Source of the DNA: an uncultured Actinomycetes bacterium
Lineage (GTDB): Bacteria; Actinomycetota; Thermoleophilia; Gaiellales; Gaiellaceae
Reading direction: 5' to 3'
DNA: 64,000 bases
Assembly (NCBI GenBank): GCA_963834825.1
Contig: CAWICZ010000010.1
Span: 47,266 to 111,265, forward strand
A program made the position numbers and the translations under genes. Positions 34,180 through 43,918 of the stretch are shown piece by piece (position 1 is the stretch's first letter; the number at the start of each line of letters is the position of its first letter). The notes under the pieces were generated by a model. That model saw only the letters and a list, made by a program, of their open reading frames with translations, ran no database searches and was not told where the DNA came from.

Positions 34180-35520
34180 TTGGGCATTTCAGGCCTCGTC
34201 ACGATTGCGCTCCTCGTCCTCGCGTACGCGGCGGTTTCGCGAAAGCTCTCGGGGTCGGCGATCACCGCTGCGATGGTGTTCGTCGCCGGCGGCATCTTGG
34301 CGAGCGACAAGGCCCTCGGCTGGCTCGACCCGGGGATAGACAGCGAATCCGTCCGCTGGATCGCCGAGGCGACGCTGACGGTCGTGCTTTTCTCGGACGC
34401 GTCACGGATCAACCTCGGAGCGCTGCGCCGGGAGTACGTCGTGCCTCTTCGACTGCTCGCGATCGGGCTGCCGCTGACCATCGTTGCCGGCGCTCTCGCG
34501 GGTGTTGCCGTATTCGCAGAGCTCGCGCTCATCGAGGCCGTCCTGCTGGCGATCGTGCTGGCCCCGACGGACGCCGCGCTGGGGCAAGCGGTCGTCACCG
34601 ATCCCCGCGTTCCTTCACGCGTCCGTCAAGGGCTCAACGTCGAGAGCGGGCTCAACGACGGCATCTGCGTGCCTCTGCTCCTAATCGCGATCGCGATTGC
34701 CGAGGCGCAGGAGGGCGCGATCGGAAACGGCGCGGCGTTCGAGCTCGTGCTCGAGGAGATCGGCTACGGATGCATCGGGGGCGTGATTGCGGGACTCGCA
34801 GCCGCCGCCGTCGTCAGGCTGGGCGTCCCGCGTCGCCTCGTCGACGAGGTCTGGCTCCAGGTCGTCCCAGTCGCCGGGGCCGCGCTCGCCTACGGCCTGG
34901 CCGTGTGGATGCACGGCAGCGGGTTCATCGCCGCCTTCGTCGCGGGTGCCGTCTTCGGCGGGCTGCGTAGCGAGGTCGGGGGCGAGGTAACACTCTTCCT
35001 CGAAGAGTTGGGCGGACTGCTCGGCGCAGCCACGTTCATCCTCTTCGGCGCCGTCATGCTCGTGCCCATGCTCGACGACCTTTCCGCCGAGATCGTCCTG
35101 TATTCGCTTCTCAGCCTGACGCTCGTTCGCATGGTTCCCGTGGGGCTGGCGATGCTCCGATCCGGTGCCAGGCGACCGACGGTCGCCTTCCTCGGCTGGT
35201 TCGGGCCGCGAGGACTGGCGTCGATCGTGTTCGCGGTGATCCTCGTCGAGGATGCCACCCTCGCCCACGAATCGCTCCTGCTGAACACCATCTTTCTCAC
35301 GATCGGCCTCTCGGTCCTTCTGCACGGCCTGACAGCAGCCCCACTCGCGGGGCGCTACGCAGCGTGGTTCGCGGCCCACCCGCGCGACGCAGTCCCCCCA
35401 TTCGAGAGTGCGCCGGCTCCCGAACACCGCCCGCGCCGCTGGGCCGCTGGGCTGCGGCATGAGCATCGGGATGTCGAGGCAACTGCGCCGGCCGCTCCAG
35501 CCTCGTCCGGTTCCGAGTAG
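34180..35520 (+). CDS. Cation:proton antiporter (CPA1 / NhaP-type Na+/H+ exchanger)
   Basis: There are about 12 TM helices, with IVLAPTDAALGQAVV (ATD-type motif) and ESGLNDG. Length is 446 aa. Confidence 0.85.
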   Translation: MGISGLVTIALLVLAYAAVSRKLSGSAITAAMVFVAGGILASDKALGWLDPGIDSESVRWIAEATLTVVLFSDASRINLGALRREYVVPLRLLAIGLPLTIVAGALAGVAVFAELALIEAVLLAIVLAPTDAALGQAVVTDPRVPSRVRQGLNVESGLNDGICVPLLLIAIAIAEAQEGAIGNGAAFELVLEEIGYGCIGGVIAGLAAAAVVRLGVPRRLVDEVWLQVVPVAGAALAYGLAVWMHGSGFIAAFVAGAVFGGLRSEVGGEVTLFLEELGGLLGAATFILFGAVMLVPMLDDLSAEIVLYSLLSLTLVRMVPVGLAMLRSGARRPTVAFLGWFGPRGLASIVFAVILVEDATLAHESLLLNTIFLTIGLSVLLHGLTAAPLAGRYAAWFAAHPRDAVPPFESAPAPEHRPRRWAAGLRHEHRDVEATAPAAPASSGSE

Positions 35521-35681
35521 ACGGGTCTGAGAGAGCAAGATTTCCGTGGCCCACTCGTGGCCCAAACGTCGATTGGACGATTGGCTCAACCATGCGGCGC
35601 CGGGCTGACTCTTGAGTCAAAAATCCCTGCAAATGAGTCCGTTCAGAGGGGTTCGTCGCCAAGCGTAGGGGTGCCCGACTT

Positions 35682-35730
35682 GGCCTGTCACGCCGGAGGT
35701 CGCGGGTTCGAGTCCCGTCGCTCCCGTCTC
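35682..35730 (+). repeat. Copy of the tRNA-Asp 3-prime half (att-like direct repeat 3); possibly a decayed tRNA pseudogene from about 35665
   Basis: 49 nt are identical to 8017-8065. Upstream, GCGTAGgggtgcccgactt retains the GCGTAG of the acceptor/D junction, but the D arm is gone. Confidence 0.9.
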
Positions 35731-35805
35731 TCGTTCTCCCTGCTAGCGGCCGCTTTCTAGACTCCCGTCTCGCGGTCGCCCTCGGCCGGCCGGTGTAAGT
35801 CCGAT

Positions 35806-36573
35806 CTAGGGTTTGCTTGCGGTCACGATGTGCGCGTCCATCGGCATGACAATTTCGCCTGAAGGAACCACGAACTCTGCAAGTGCATTCTCTGATTCCG
35901 CAGCGAGAGTTGCCATGGCGTCGTCGCTGAGCATGTCAGCCAGGGGCGACCCTTTGACCTCGATGCGTATGAATTCCTTTACCGACGGAAACCGGATCGA
36001 ACCCTCATGGAGAGTGACGTTGGCTCCCGAGATGCCGCCGTCGACACAGAGCTTGGCAAGCTCTGAGCGATCGCCGAGGACGAAGGGCGCTGCCAGCACG
36101 TTTGCGGCCTCTCCTCCGCATTGTCGGATCGCGATGTCCACAAGTATCTGGTAGCCAGGGGCGCGACCGAGAGGCGCCCAGGCCGCGATCGCAAGGCGTC
36201 CTCCTGACGCGAGAGTACGCCACATCTCGCTCAGGGAGGTGACGCGTTCGGGGAAGTACATGAGCGCGAACTGGCTGACTACGACGTCGAAACTCGCATC
36301 CTCGAAAGGAAGAGATGCCGCATCGCCCTGTCGCCATTCGATTTTCGGCTCAGTTCGCGCTGCGACCGCCAGCATCCCCTCATTGAGATCGAGGCCAACA
36401 ACCTGACCCTCTCGCCCGACCCGCCTAACGGCCTCGCGTGCGAGCACGCCTGTCCCGCAGCCAACGTCGAGAACTCTGTCACCCGTCCTGATTCCAGCGG
36501 CGTCAGCGACCGCGACAAGCCCAAGCGCCGAAGATCGCAGGTACGAAGCAGGATTCGTAGACCTCGGCAGCAT
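35806..36573 (-). CDS. Class I SAM-dependent methyltransferase (N-terminal ~40 aa lie in another frame up to about 36660)
   Basis: Motif I VLDVGCGTG and ...FDVVVSQFALMYF are present. The expected N-terminal AEVYESCFVPAIFGAWA is in ORF 36503-36694, which implies one insertion-type frameshift near 36510-36530. Confidence 0.8.
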   Translation of the reverse strand: MLPRSTNPASYLRSSALGLVAVADAAGIRTGDRVLDVGCGTGVLAREAVRRVGREGQVVGLDLNEGMLAVAARTEPKIEWRQGDAASLPFEDASFDVVVSQFALMYFPERVTSLSEMWRTLASGGRLAIAAWAPLGRAPGYQILVDIAIRQCGGEAANVLAAPFVLGDRSELAKLCVDGGISGANVTLHEGSIRFPSVKEFIRIEVKGSPLADMLSDDAMATLAAESENALAEFVVPSGEIVMPMDAHIVTASKP

Positions 36574-36767
36574 CCGTTGAGACCTGCCAGCGCTCGGGCT
36601 CGGTCACGGCATCACTCCAGCTATTTGCGGAGCCATGGTCGAGACCGGCGACGTTTCCTCCGAGCCATGTCGGCACTCTAGGCGCGACGCGCATCGGATC
36701 ACCGGCGTCGCCGTGCGCATCGCCGAGGGCCTGCCCTCCCTCATCGTGCGCCGGCCGACGTCCGAAT

Positions 36768-37655
36768 TCAGCGCAACTTCTTCAGGGCACGTCCGAGTGC
36801 CTGGCCGCCCGCGAGCACTGGCTCGAACAGGTCGCCGTGCTGTTCGACCCGCTCGAGCGCCTCGCGCATCCCGAAGCGGCGCGGAGTCACGTCCTCTGTT
36901 AGCTCGTCCCAGCGAAGCGGCGTCGAGACCGGCGCGCCCGGCTTCGGCCGCACCGAGTAGACCGAGGCGATCGTCTTCCCCCGCGCGTTCTGACGGTGGT
37001 CGACGAGCACGCCCTCGCGCTTGCGCTTCAGCCATTCGGTCGTGACCAGCCCTGGGTGCCGCTCCTCGAGCCCGCGCGCCAGGCGCTCCGCGAACGTGTA
37101 GGTCTGCTCGAAGGTCGCTCGGCGCGCAATCGGGACGAGCACGTGAATCCCGTCGGCGCCGCTCGTCTTGACGTAGGACTCGAGCTCGAGCCGCTCGACC
37201 TCCTCGCGGATCAGGTGAGCGACGCGGATCGCGAGCGCGAAGCCGCCGTCGGGAGGGTCGAGGTCGAAGAGCACGAAGTCCGGGCGGTCCGGCTTGTCGA
37301 CGCGCGAGTACCAAGCGTTCATGTCGATGCAGTTCATCTGCACCATCCAGAGCACCGCCTCCGGCGAGTTGACGAGCGGGAAGTCGACAAGCCGCGACTC
37401 GCCCTCGCGCGGGTAGGTGCGGAAGGTGCGCGTCGGGATCCAGGAGGGCATCCCCTTCGGCGCCTGCTTCTGGAAGTACGACTCCCCGGCCACCCCGTAG
37501 GGCGAGCGCTTCATCGTGAACGGCCGATTGCGCAGGTGCGGGACGAGCACCGGCGCGATCGCGCGGTAGTACTCGAACAGGTCCTGCTTCGTGATCCCTT
37601 CGTCGGGGAACAGGACACGTTCCGGGCTCGAGAGGCGGACCGACCGCGGCGCCAC
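36768..37655 (-). CDS. Stand-alone LigD polymerase/primase domain protein (NHEJ)
   Basis: RLSSPERVLFPDEGITKQDLFEYY...RPFTMKRSPYG...YFQKQAP...VDFPLVNSPEAVLWMVQMNCIDMNAW...PDFVLFDLDP is present. A GTG at 37655 gives 296 aa. The longer listed ORF has an Arg-rich extension. Confidence 0.8.
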   Translation of the reverse strand: MAPRSVRLSSPERVLFPDEGITKQDLFEYYRAIAPVLVPHLRNRPFTMKRSPYGVAGESYFQKQAPKGMPSWIPTRTFRTYPREGESRLVDFPLVNSPEAVLWMVQMNCIDMNAWYSRVDKPDRPDFVLFDLDPPDGGFALAIRVAHLIREEVERLELESYVKTSGADGIHVLVPIARRATFEQTYTFAERLARGLEERHPGLVTTEWLKRKREGVLVDHRQNARGKTIASVYSVRPKPGAPVSTPLRWDELTEDVTPRRFGMREALERVEQHGDLFEPVLAGGQALGRALKKLR

Positions 37656-37843
37656 GCAGCGGGTTGTACCTGTCCGGTGGTGCGCATGTCGACGCGCGCA
37701 GGATCGGACGCCGACTGGTACGTCCCCGTCTCTCGAACTACCTGCACAGCGGTCGCTTTTCCGTCGCGTCGGGCTGACCGGCGCCTGGCGGCGACGCCTA
37801 CACCACGCCAGATCGCGCGAAATTGCGATCATCTCGGCGAAAA

Positions 37844-38065
37844 GTGGGCCAGCTGATCGCGATAGGAACCTATGGGACGCGGGACGAGGCGGAGGTCGTT
37901 CAGGGTCTGCTCGCGACGGCGGGGATCGAGTCGTCGATCAGAGCAGACGATGCGGGCGGCGCCTTTCCGTTCGTGCTTTCGGGTGGGGCGCAGGTGCTCG
38001 TTGACGAGAGCGACGCCACAGCGGCCTCGGAGCTCCTCGCAAACAGAACCGACGCGACTGACTGA
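37844..38065 (+). CDS. DUF2007-like small protein
   Basis: IAIGTYGTRDEAEVVQGLLATAGIESSI...AQVLVDESDATAASELL matches the family. A GTG lies at 37844. Confidence 0.5.
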   Translation: MGQLIAIGTYGTRDEAEVVQGLLATAGIESSIRADDAGGAFPFVLSGGAQVLVDESDATAASELLANRTDATD

Positions 38066-38283
38066 CGCGACCAAGACGGAGGCGTCCGTCGGAGGGACGG
38101 CAGCTCACTGACCCTGGAGGGCCGGCGAGCCGCGTTCGGCCTCGGGGGGTTCGGCGCGGCGATCCTCGTGCAGCTGGAGCCAAGGATTCGGGCGTTGGAT
38201 CCCTGCGACTGGAAGAACTCGATCCGCCAGGTCAGCTGCCGGGCGACCCAAAGGCCGGTACCGAGTCCCGTTCGCGGGGCGAG

Positions 38284-39075
38284 CTAGCCCGCCGCGGGGA
38301 CTGGGCTGCGCGAAGCCTCGCGCAGCTTGTTCAACGCTCCAACCTCGATCTGCCGAGCGCGCTCGGCCGTCAGCCCGAGCGCGCCGCCGATCTGGTTCAA
38401 GGTCTGCGCGCGCTCGCCCAGCCCGTAATGGGCCCGGAGTACGGCGCGCTCACGCTCGTCCAGCTGGTCGGCCAAGTCACGCAGCTCGCCGATCTCGAGG
38501 CCATCGAGCACCTGCTCGTACGCCTGCTCCGCAGCGGGATCGATGATCGTGTCCCCGACGGTAGCCGTGGTCTGGCCTTCCGCGCTCAGCTGCTCCTCCA
38601 TGCCACGCGGTCTGCGCTCCGTCGCCTGCAGACTCTCGAGCTGCGCCACCGTAAACCCGGTCGCGCTGCTCAGCTCCTCGTTCGTCGGCTCGGTGCCGTG
38701 GGCCTGCAGGTGCTCACTCCGTGCTGTCCTGATCTGGGCGAGAGCTCGGACCGCGCGGTCAGACAGTGCCACGGGTCGGGTTAGATCCGCGACGAGCTCC
38801 TGCATCGCCTTGCGCACCCAGAACGAGGCGTAGGCCCAGAAAGGCGTGTTCAGCCTGGGGTTGTACCGCCGCGCAGCCAACAGCAAGCCGGCGACTCCCT
38901 CTTGGACGAGTTCCTGGCGTCCCACTCTCATGCCGCTGCAGAAGCCAAGCGCGAGGCCGGCGATAGCCGGTAGGAACGCCTCGACCAGCTTCCGGCTCGC
39001 GTCGGCGTCACCGGCTTCTGCTGCGACCACCAGGTCGCGCTCCTGCCGCGCGGTGAGTCGTTCGGCGTGGCTCAC
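38284..39075 (-). CDS. Sigma-70 family RNA polymerase sigma factor (regions 2-4)
   Basis: GVAGLLLAARRYNPRLNTPFWAYASFWVRKAM (region 2) and TLNQIGGALGLTAERARQIEVGALNKLR (region 4.2) are present. Confidence 0.85.
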   Translation of the reverse strand: MSHAERLTARQERDLVVAAEAGDADASRKLVEAFLPAIAGLALGFCSGMRVGRQELVQEGVAGLLLAARRYNPRLNTPFWAYASFWVRKAMQELVADLTRPVALSDRAVRALAQIRTARSEHLQAHGTEPTNEELSSATGFTVAQLESLQATERRPRGMEEQLSAEGQTTATVGDTIIDPAAEQAYEQVLDGLEIGELRDLADQLDERERAVLRAHYGLGERAQTLNQIGGALGLTAERARQIEVGALNKLREASRSPVPAAG

Positions 39076-39232
39076 TGAACGGACCTGTCACGCCGTAGCT
39101 GCTGCGGTTGTTCAGCCACCACCGTTCCCAGGGTCGCGAGAGAGCAGTGATTGTTGCAACCCAGCTTGGGTTCGCGGCGTCGTCGGCTTATTGAGGTGAG
39201 GGTCAACAGCCATCTGACGAACTGAGGTCGAC

Positions 39233-40453
39233 ATGAGCAGCACCCAGGTAACCGTCGAAGACGCTACCGAGATCCGCTCCTTCCGCGTCGATGTGCCGGA
39301 AGAGCAACTGGTCGACCTCCGCCGACGCATCGCGGCGACCCGATGGCCCGAGAGTGAGACCGTCGCGGATCAGTCCCAGGGCGTCCCGCTCGACATGATC
39401 CAGAAGCTCGCGCGCCACTGGATGACCGACTACGACTGGCGCACGTGCGAGGCGAGCTTGAACGCGCTACCGCAGTTCATCACCGAGATCGACGGGCTCG
39501 ACATTCACTTCATTCACGTTCGCTCGAAGCATGAAGACGCGCTGCCGCTCATCGTCAATCACGGCTGGCCCGGCTCGATCATCGAGCAGCTGAAGATCAT
39601 CGACCGACTGACCGATCCCACGGCGCACGGTGGCGATGCGGAGGACGCGTTCCATGTGGTGATCCCGTCGATGCCGGGCTACGGGTTCTCTGGGAAGCCG
39701 ACGAGCACCGGTTGGGGCACCGAGCGCATGGCTCGGGCCTGGGCAGAGCTGATGGAGCGTCTCGGCTACAGCAGCTACGTCGCCCAGGGCGGCGACTGGG
39801 GCGCGTTCGTCGTCGACCAGATGGGCTTGCAGGCACCTGCGGAATTGCTCGCCATCCACACGAACATGCCTGGCACGGTTCCGGATGACGTCGACAAGGC
39901 TTCCCTGGCCGGCGAGCCGCCACCGGCCGGTCTCTCAGCTGAGGAACGACGCGCCTACGAGCAGCTGATCAGAACCTACAAGCAAGTCGAGTACGCCGGG
40001 ATGATGGCGGCGCGGCCGCAAACCTTGTATGGCATCGCGGACTCACCTGTCGGCCTGGCCGCCTGGCTGCTCGACCACAACGATGCCGACGGCCAGCCGG
40101 CCGCAGCAGTCGTCGAGGCGCTGGACCGGGCCACGAGCGCCACGGGCGAACTCACGCGTGACGAGGTCCTCGACAACATCACGCTCTACTGGCTGACGAA
40201 CACCGGGGTCTCTGCGTCTCGCCTTTACTGGGAGTACAAGGGCGGCTTCTTCAACGCGAAGGGCGTGTCCATCCCCGTCGCTGTGACCGTCTTTCCCGGC
40301 GAGCAGTATCAGGCACCGCGCAGCTGGGCCGAGCAGGCCTACCCCAACCTCATCTACTTCAACGAAGTCGACAGGGGCGGTCACTTCGCCGCCTGGGAGC
40401 AGCCGCAGCTCTTCAGCGAGGAGCTCCGCGCGGCGTTCCGCTCACTGCGTTAG
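39233..40453 (+). CDS. Epoxide hydrolase, paralog 1 (EHN domain + alpha/beta hydrolase)
   Basis: [11 protein letters not shown]..., [26 protein letters not shown] and GGDWGA are present. Length is 406 aa. Confidence 0.9.
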   Translation: MSSTQVTVEDATEIRSFRVDVPEEQLVDLRRRIAATRWPESETVADQSQGVPLDMIQKLARHWMTDYDWRTCEASLNALPQFITEIDGLDIHFIHVRSKHEDALPLIVNHGWPGSIIEQLKIIDRLTDPTAHGGDAEDAFHVVIPSMPGYGFSGKPTSTGWGTERMARAWAELMERLGYSSYVAQGGDWGAFVVDQMGLQAPAELLAIHTNMPGTVPDDVDKASLAGEPPPAGLSAEERRAYEQLIRTYKQVEYAGMMAARPQTLYGIADSPVGLAAWLLDHNDADGQPAAAVVEALDRATSATGELTRDEVLDNITLYWLTNTGVSASRLYWEYKGGFFNAKGVSIPVAVTVFPGEQYQAPRSWAEQAYPNLIYFNEVDRGGHFAAWEQPQLFSEELRAAFRSLR

Positions 40454-40467
40454 CAAAGGAGGACGTC

Positions 40468-41671
40468 ATGAGTAGCACGGTCGAGACCGCAACCGAGATC
40501 CGGACCTTCGAACTCGAAATTCCAGAGGAGCAGATTGACGACTTGCGCCGGCGGATCGCGGCGACGCGCTGGCCCAGCAAGGAGCTCGTCGCGGATCGGT
40601 CGCAGGGCGTCCAGCTGGCGACGCTGCAGGAGCTCGCGCAATACTGGGTCGGCGACTACGACTTCGGGAGGCTCGAAGCGAGACTGAACGCGCTCCCGCA
40701 GTTCACGACCGAGATCGACGGGGTCGAGATCCACTTCATCCACGTGCGCTCTGAGCACGAGGACGCGTTGCCGCTGATCATGACGCACGGCTGGCCCGGC
40801 TCGGTCATCGAGCTGCTCGAGACCATCGGCCCGCTGACCGACCCGACCGCTCACGGCGGCACCCCCGGGGACGCATTCCACCTGGTGCTGCCGTCCTTGC
40901 CTGGCTACGGCTTCTCGGGCGAGCCGACCGAGCTCGGCTGGGACGCCGACCGCATCGCACGCGCGTGGGCGGAGCTGATGGACCGCCTCGGCTACACGCG
41001 CTACGTCGCCCAGGGGGGCGACGTGGGCGCCTACGTCACCGACGCGATGGGCCGCCAAGCGCCCGAGGGGCTGCTCGGCATCCACCTCAACGTGCTCACC
41101 GCGGCGGTCGCTCTCAAGGACCAACTGCCGGCGGAGTCCGAGCAGGAACGCGCGGCGCACGACGCGCTCGACCACGTTCTTGACGGACGGCTTCGCCATC
41201 GTCCTGGAGCAGTCCACCCGGCCGCAGACGATCGGCTACTCCCTGCTGGATTCACCCGTCGGGCTGGCGGCCTGGATGCTCGACCACGACACGGACAGCT
41301 ACTACAAGTTCTCCCGCGCATTCGTCGACGGCGAGCCCGCGGGCAACCTCACCCGGGACAACATCGTCGACGACATCACGCTGTACTGGCTGACGGGCAC
41401 CGGCGCCTCGGCCGCCCGGTGGTACTGGGAGTTCGGACGGGCCCAGGCCGCAGCCGCTGCGTCCGGCCAGGCTCCGCCGCCGGTCGCGGTTCCGGTCGGC
41501 TACACGAACTTCCCCGGCGAGGTCTTCCCTGCCCCGCGCAGCTGGGTCGAGGTGGTTTTCCCCGGCCTCGCCTACTTCAACGAGCCCGACAGGGGCGGCC
41601 ACTTCGCCGCCTGGGAGGAGCCCGAGCTCTTCACGACCGAGGTGCGGGCTGCGTTCCGCTCGCTGCGATAG
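40468..41671 (+). pseudogene. Epoxide hydrolase, paralog 2, one insertion-type frameshift near 41175-41181
   Basis: The N-terminal two-thirds are in frame 1 (up to ...AAHDALDHV). The C-terminal third is in frame 2 (ORF 41180-41671, TDGFAIVLEQSTRPQTIGY...). RBS AAAGGAGG is present. Confidence 0.75.
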
Positions 41672-41685
41672 CAAAGGAGGAAGTT

Positions 41686-42888
41686 ATGAGCACTGCTGTC
41701 GACACAACCACGGATATCCGCACCTTCCGCATCGACATCGCGGACGAGCAGATCGACGACCTCCGCCGGCGCATCGCCGCGACGCGGTGGCCGAGCAAGG
41801 AGCTCGTCGAGGATCGCTCCCAGGGCGTGCAGCTCGCTACGACCAAGGAGCTCGCCCGGTACTGGACGGAGGACTACGACTTCGGCCGGGTCGCGGCGAG
41901 GCTGAACGCGCTCCCGCAGTTCACGACCGAGATCGACGGGGTCGAGATCCACTTCATCCACGTGAGGTCGCCGCACGAGAACGCGTTGCCGCTGATTATG
42001 ACGCACGGCTGGCCCGGCTCGGTCATCGAGCTGCTCGAGACCGTCGGCCCGCTCACCGACCCGACCGCGCATGGTGGACGCGCCGAGGACGCGTTCCACC
42101 TCGTGCTGCCGTCCCTGCCCGGCTACGGCTTCTCCGGCGAGCCGGCCGAGCTTGGCTGGAACGTCGGCCGCGTCGCGCAGGCCTGGGCGGAGCTGATGCA
42201 CCGCCTCGGCTACACCCGTTATGTCGCCCAGGGCGGCGACGTGGGCGCCGCCGTCACCGACGCGATGGGACGGCAGGCACCCGAGGGCCTGCTCGGCATC
42301 CACACGAACTTGCTCGTGACGGTGCTGGCCGGCCCCCAGCCGGCGGAGTCCGAGCAGGAACGCGCGGCGGCGGACCAGCTCGCCACATTCAGGGAGAGCG
42401 GCTTCGGCTACTTCCTGGAGATGGCTACGCGGCCGCAGACGATCGGCTACGCCCTGCTGGATTCACCCGTCGCCCTCGCGGCCTGGATGCTCGACCACGA
42501 CACCGACAGCTACAACAAGATCTCCCGCGCCTTCGTCGACGGCGAGCCCGCGGGCAATCTCACCCGGGACCACATCGTCGACAACATCACGCTGTACTGG
42601 CTGACGGGCACCGGGGCTTCGGCGGCTCGGTCGTACTGGGAGGACGGACAAGCCCTGGCTCAAGCACGCGCGTCCGGCCAGGCTCCTCCGGGGGTCTCGC
42701 TCCCGGTCGGCTTCACCACCTTCCCCGGCGAGATCTGGCGGACTCCGCGTAGCTGGGTGGAGAACTCGTACCCCAACGTCACCTACTTCAACGAGGTCGA
42801 CAAGGGCGGCCATTTCGCCGCCTGGGAAGAGCCGGAGCTCTTCTCCACCGAGGTGCGCGCCGCCTTCAGGTCACTGCGTTTTTCGTGA
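41686..42888 (+). CDS. Epoxide hydrolase, paralog 3
   Basis: The ATG at 41686 follows AAAGGAGG. The product is intact ([36 protein letters not shown]...HGWPGSVIE...) and forms the in-frame tail of the artefactual 806-aa ORF. Confidence 0.9.
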   Translation: MSTAVDTTTDIRTFRIDIADEQIDDLRRRIAATRWPSKELVEDRSQGVQLATTKELARYWTEDYDFGRVAARLNALPQFTTEIDGVEIHFIHVRSPHENALPLIMTHGWPGSVIELLETVGPLTDPTAHGGRAEDAFHLVLPSLPGYGFSGEPAELGWNVGRVAQAWAELMHRLGYTRYVAQGGDVGAAVTDAMGRQAPEGLLGIHTNLLVTVLAGPQPAESEQERAAADQLATFRESGFGYFLEMATRPQTIGYALLDSPVALAAWMLDHDTDSYNKISRAFVDGEPAGNLTRDHIVDNITLYWLTGTGASAARSYWEDGQALAQARASGQAPPGVSLPVGFTTFPGEIWRTPRSWVENSYPNVTYFNEVDKGGHFAAWEEPELFSTEVRAAFRSLRFS

Positions 42889-43862
42889 GCGACTTGCCCG
42901 TCGAGGGTCACCTGCCCGGCTTCGACGGTGCGACCGGGTGGCTGAACTCCCCGCCGCTCACCGCGGCTGGCCTCCAGGGAAAGGTCGTCCTGACCGACTT
43001 CTGGACCTACACCTGCATCAACTGGCTCCGCACGCTGGGCTATGTCCGTGCCTGGGCCGAGAAGTACGAGGATCAGGGCCTCGTCGTGGTGGGCGTCCAC
43101 ACGCCGGAGTTCCCGTTCGAGCGCGACGTCGACAACGTTCGCCAGGCCGCGAAGGACATGCGGGTGGAGTATCCGATCGCGCTCGACCCCGACTACGCGG
43201 TTTGGCGCGCTTTCGACAACCACTACTGGCCGGCCGTCTACATCGCCGACGCGGAAGGACGAATCCGGCACCACCAGTTCGGCGAGGGTGGTTACGCAGA
43301 GTGCGAACGGGTCATTCAGCAGTTGCTGCGCGAAGCCGGCCGCGACGGCGTCGGCGACGACCTCGTCTCCGTCGCCGACGATGGCTTGGAGGCTCAAGCC
43401 GACTGGGCGAGCCTGGAGTCGCCCGAGACGTACCTGGGTTACGAGCAAGCGCAGAACTTCGCGTCCCCGGGTGGTGCCGAGCTCGACCGATCTCACGCCT
43501 ATGCCGCGCCGGGTTCCTTGAGGCTCAACCAGTGGGCGCTGTCGGGTGACTGGACCGTCGAGAGAGGGGCGGCCGTGCTGAGCCGAGCCGACGGGGGGAT
43601 CGCGTTCCGCTTCCACGCCAGGGACGTCCATCTCGTCATGGGACCGCCGTCGCGAGACACGTCCGTGCCCTTCCGCGTGCTCGTCGATGGGGAACCCCCC
43701 GGCACCGCCCACGGCCTCGACGTCGACGAACAGGGTCACGGAACGGTGGACCAGCAACGGCTCTATCAGCTGATTCGCGAACAGCGGTCGATCGCCGACC
43801 GCACCTTCGAGATCACCTTCCTCGAGCCGGGTGTCGAGGCCTACGCGTTCACGTTCGGCTAG
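42885..43862 (+). CDS. Thioredoxin-fold (DipZ C-terminal-like) protein with a degenerate CxxC
   Basis: VVLTDFWTYTCINWLRTLGYV...VVVGVHTPEFPFE...YWPAVYIAD is present. The motif reads CINW where CINC is expected. The GTG start overlaps the upstream stop. Confidence 0.7.
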   Translation: MSDLPVEGHLPGFDGATGWLNSPPLTAAGLQGKVVLTDFWTYTCINWLRTLGYVRAWAEKYEDQGLVVVGVHTPEFPFERDVDNVRQAAKDMRVEYPIALDPDYAVWRAFDNHYWPAVYIADAEGRIRHHQFGEGGYAECERVIQQLLREAGRDGVGDDLVSVADDGLEAQADWASLESPETYLGYEQAQNFASPGGAELDRSHAYAAPGSLRLNQWALSGDWTVERGAAVLSRADGGIAFRFHARDVHLVMGPPSRDTSVPFRVLVDGEPPGTAHGLDVDEQGHGTVDQQRLYQLIREQRSIADRTFEITFLEPGVEAYAFTFG

Positions 43863-43918
43863 GGAGATACGAGCAGCCGCGAAAATGACGCCGCCGACTC
43901 CCGGCGGGCTCAAAGGTC

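Larger units (their letters stand above)
15004..35730. mobile_element. Segment bounded by att-like tRNA-Asp fragments 2 and 3 (possible old accreted island 2)
   Basis: It is bounded by 14958-15003 and 35682-35730. Both repeats are followed by the same extra TCG that is absent after the intact tRNA. No recombinase was seen inside and the gene content is not obviously mobile. Confidence 0.25.

Noticed and set aside
40468-42888. An 806-aa ORF that looks like a giant fusion protein.
   Set aside because: It is epoxide hydrolase 2 read out of frame after a one-base shift, and that stretch happens to contain no stops. It then continues into epoxide hydrolase 3, which has its own RBS and ATG at 41686.
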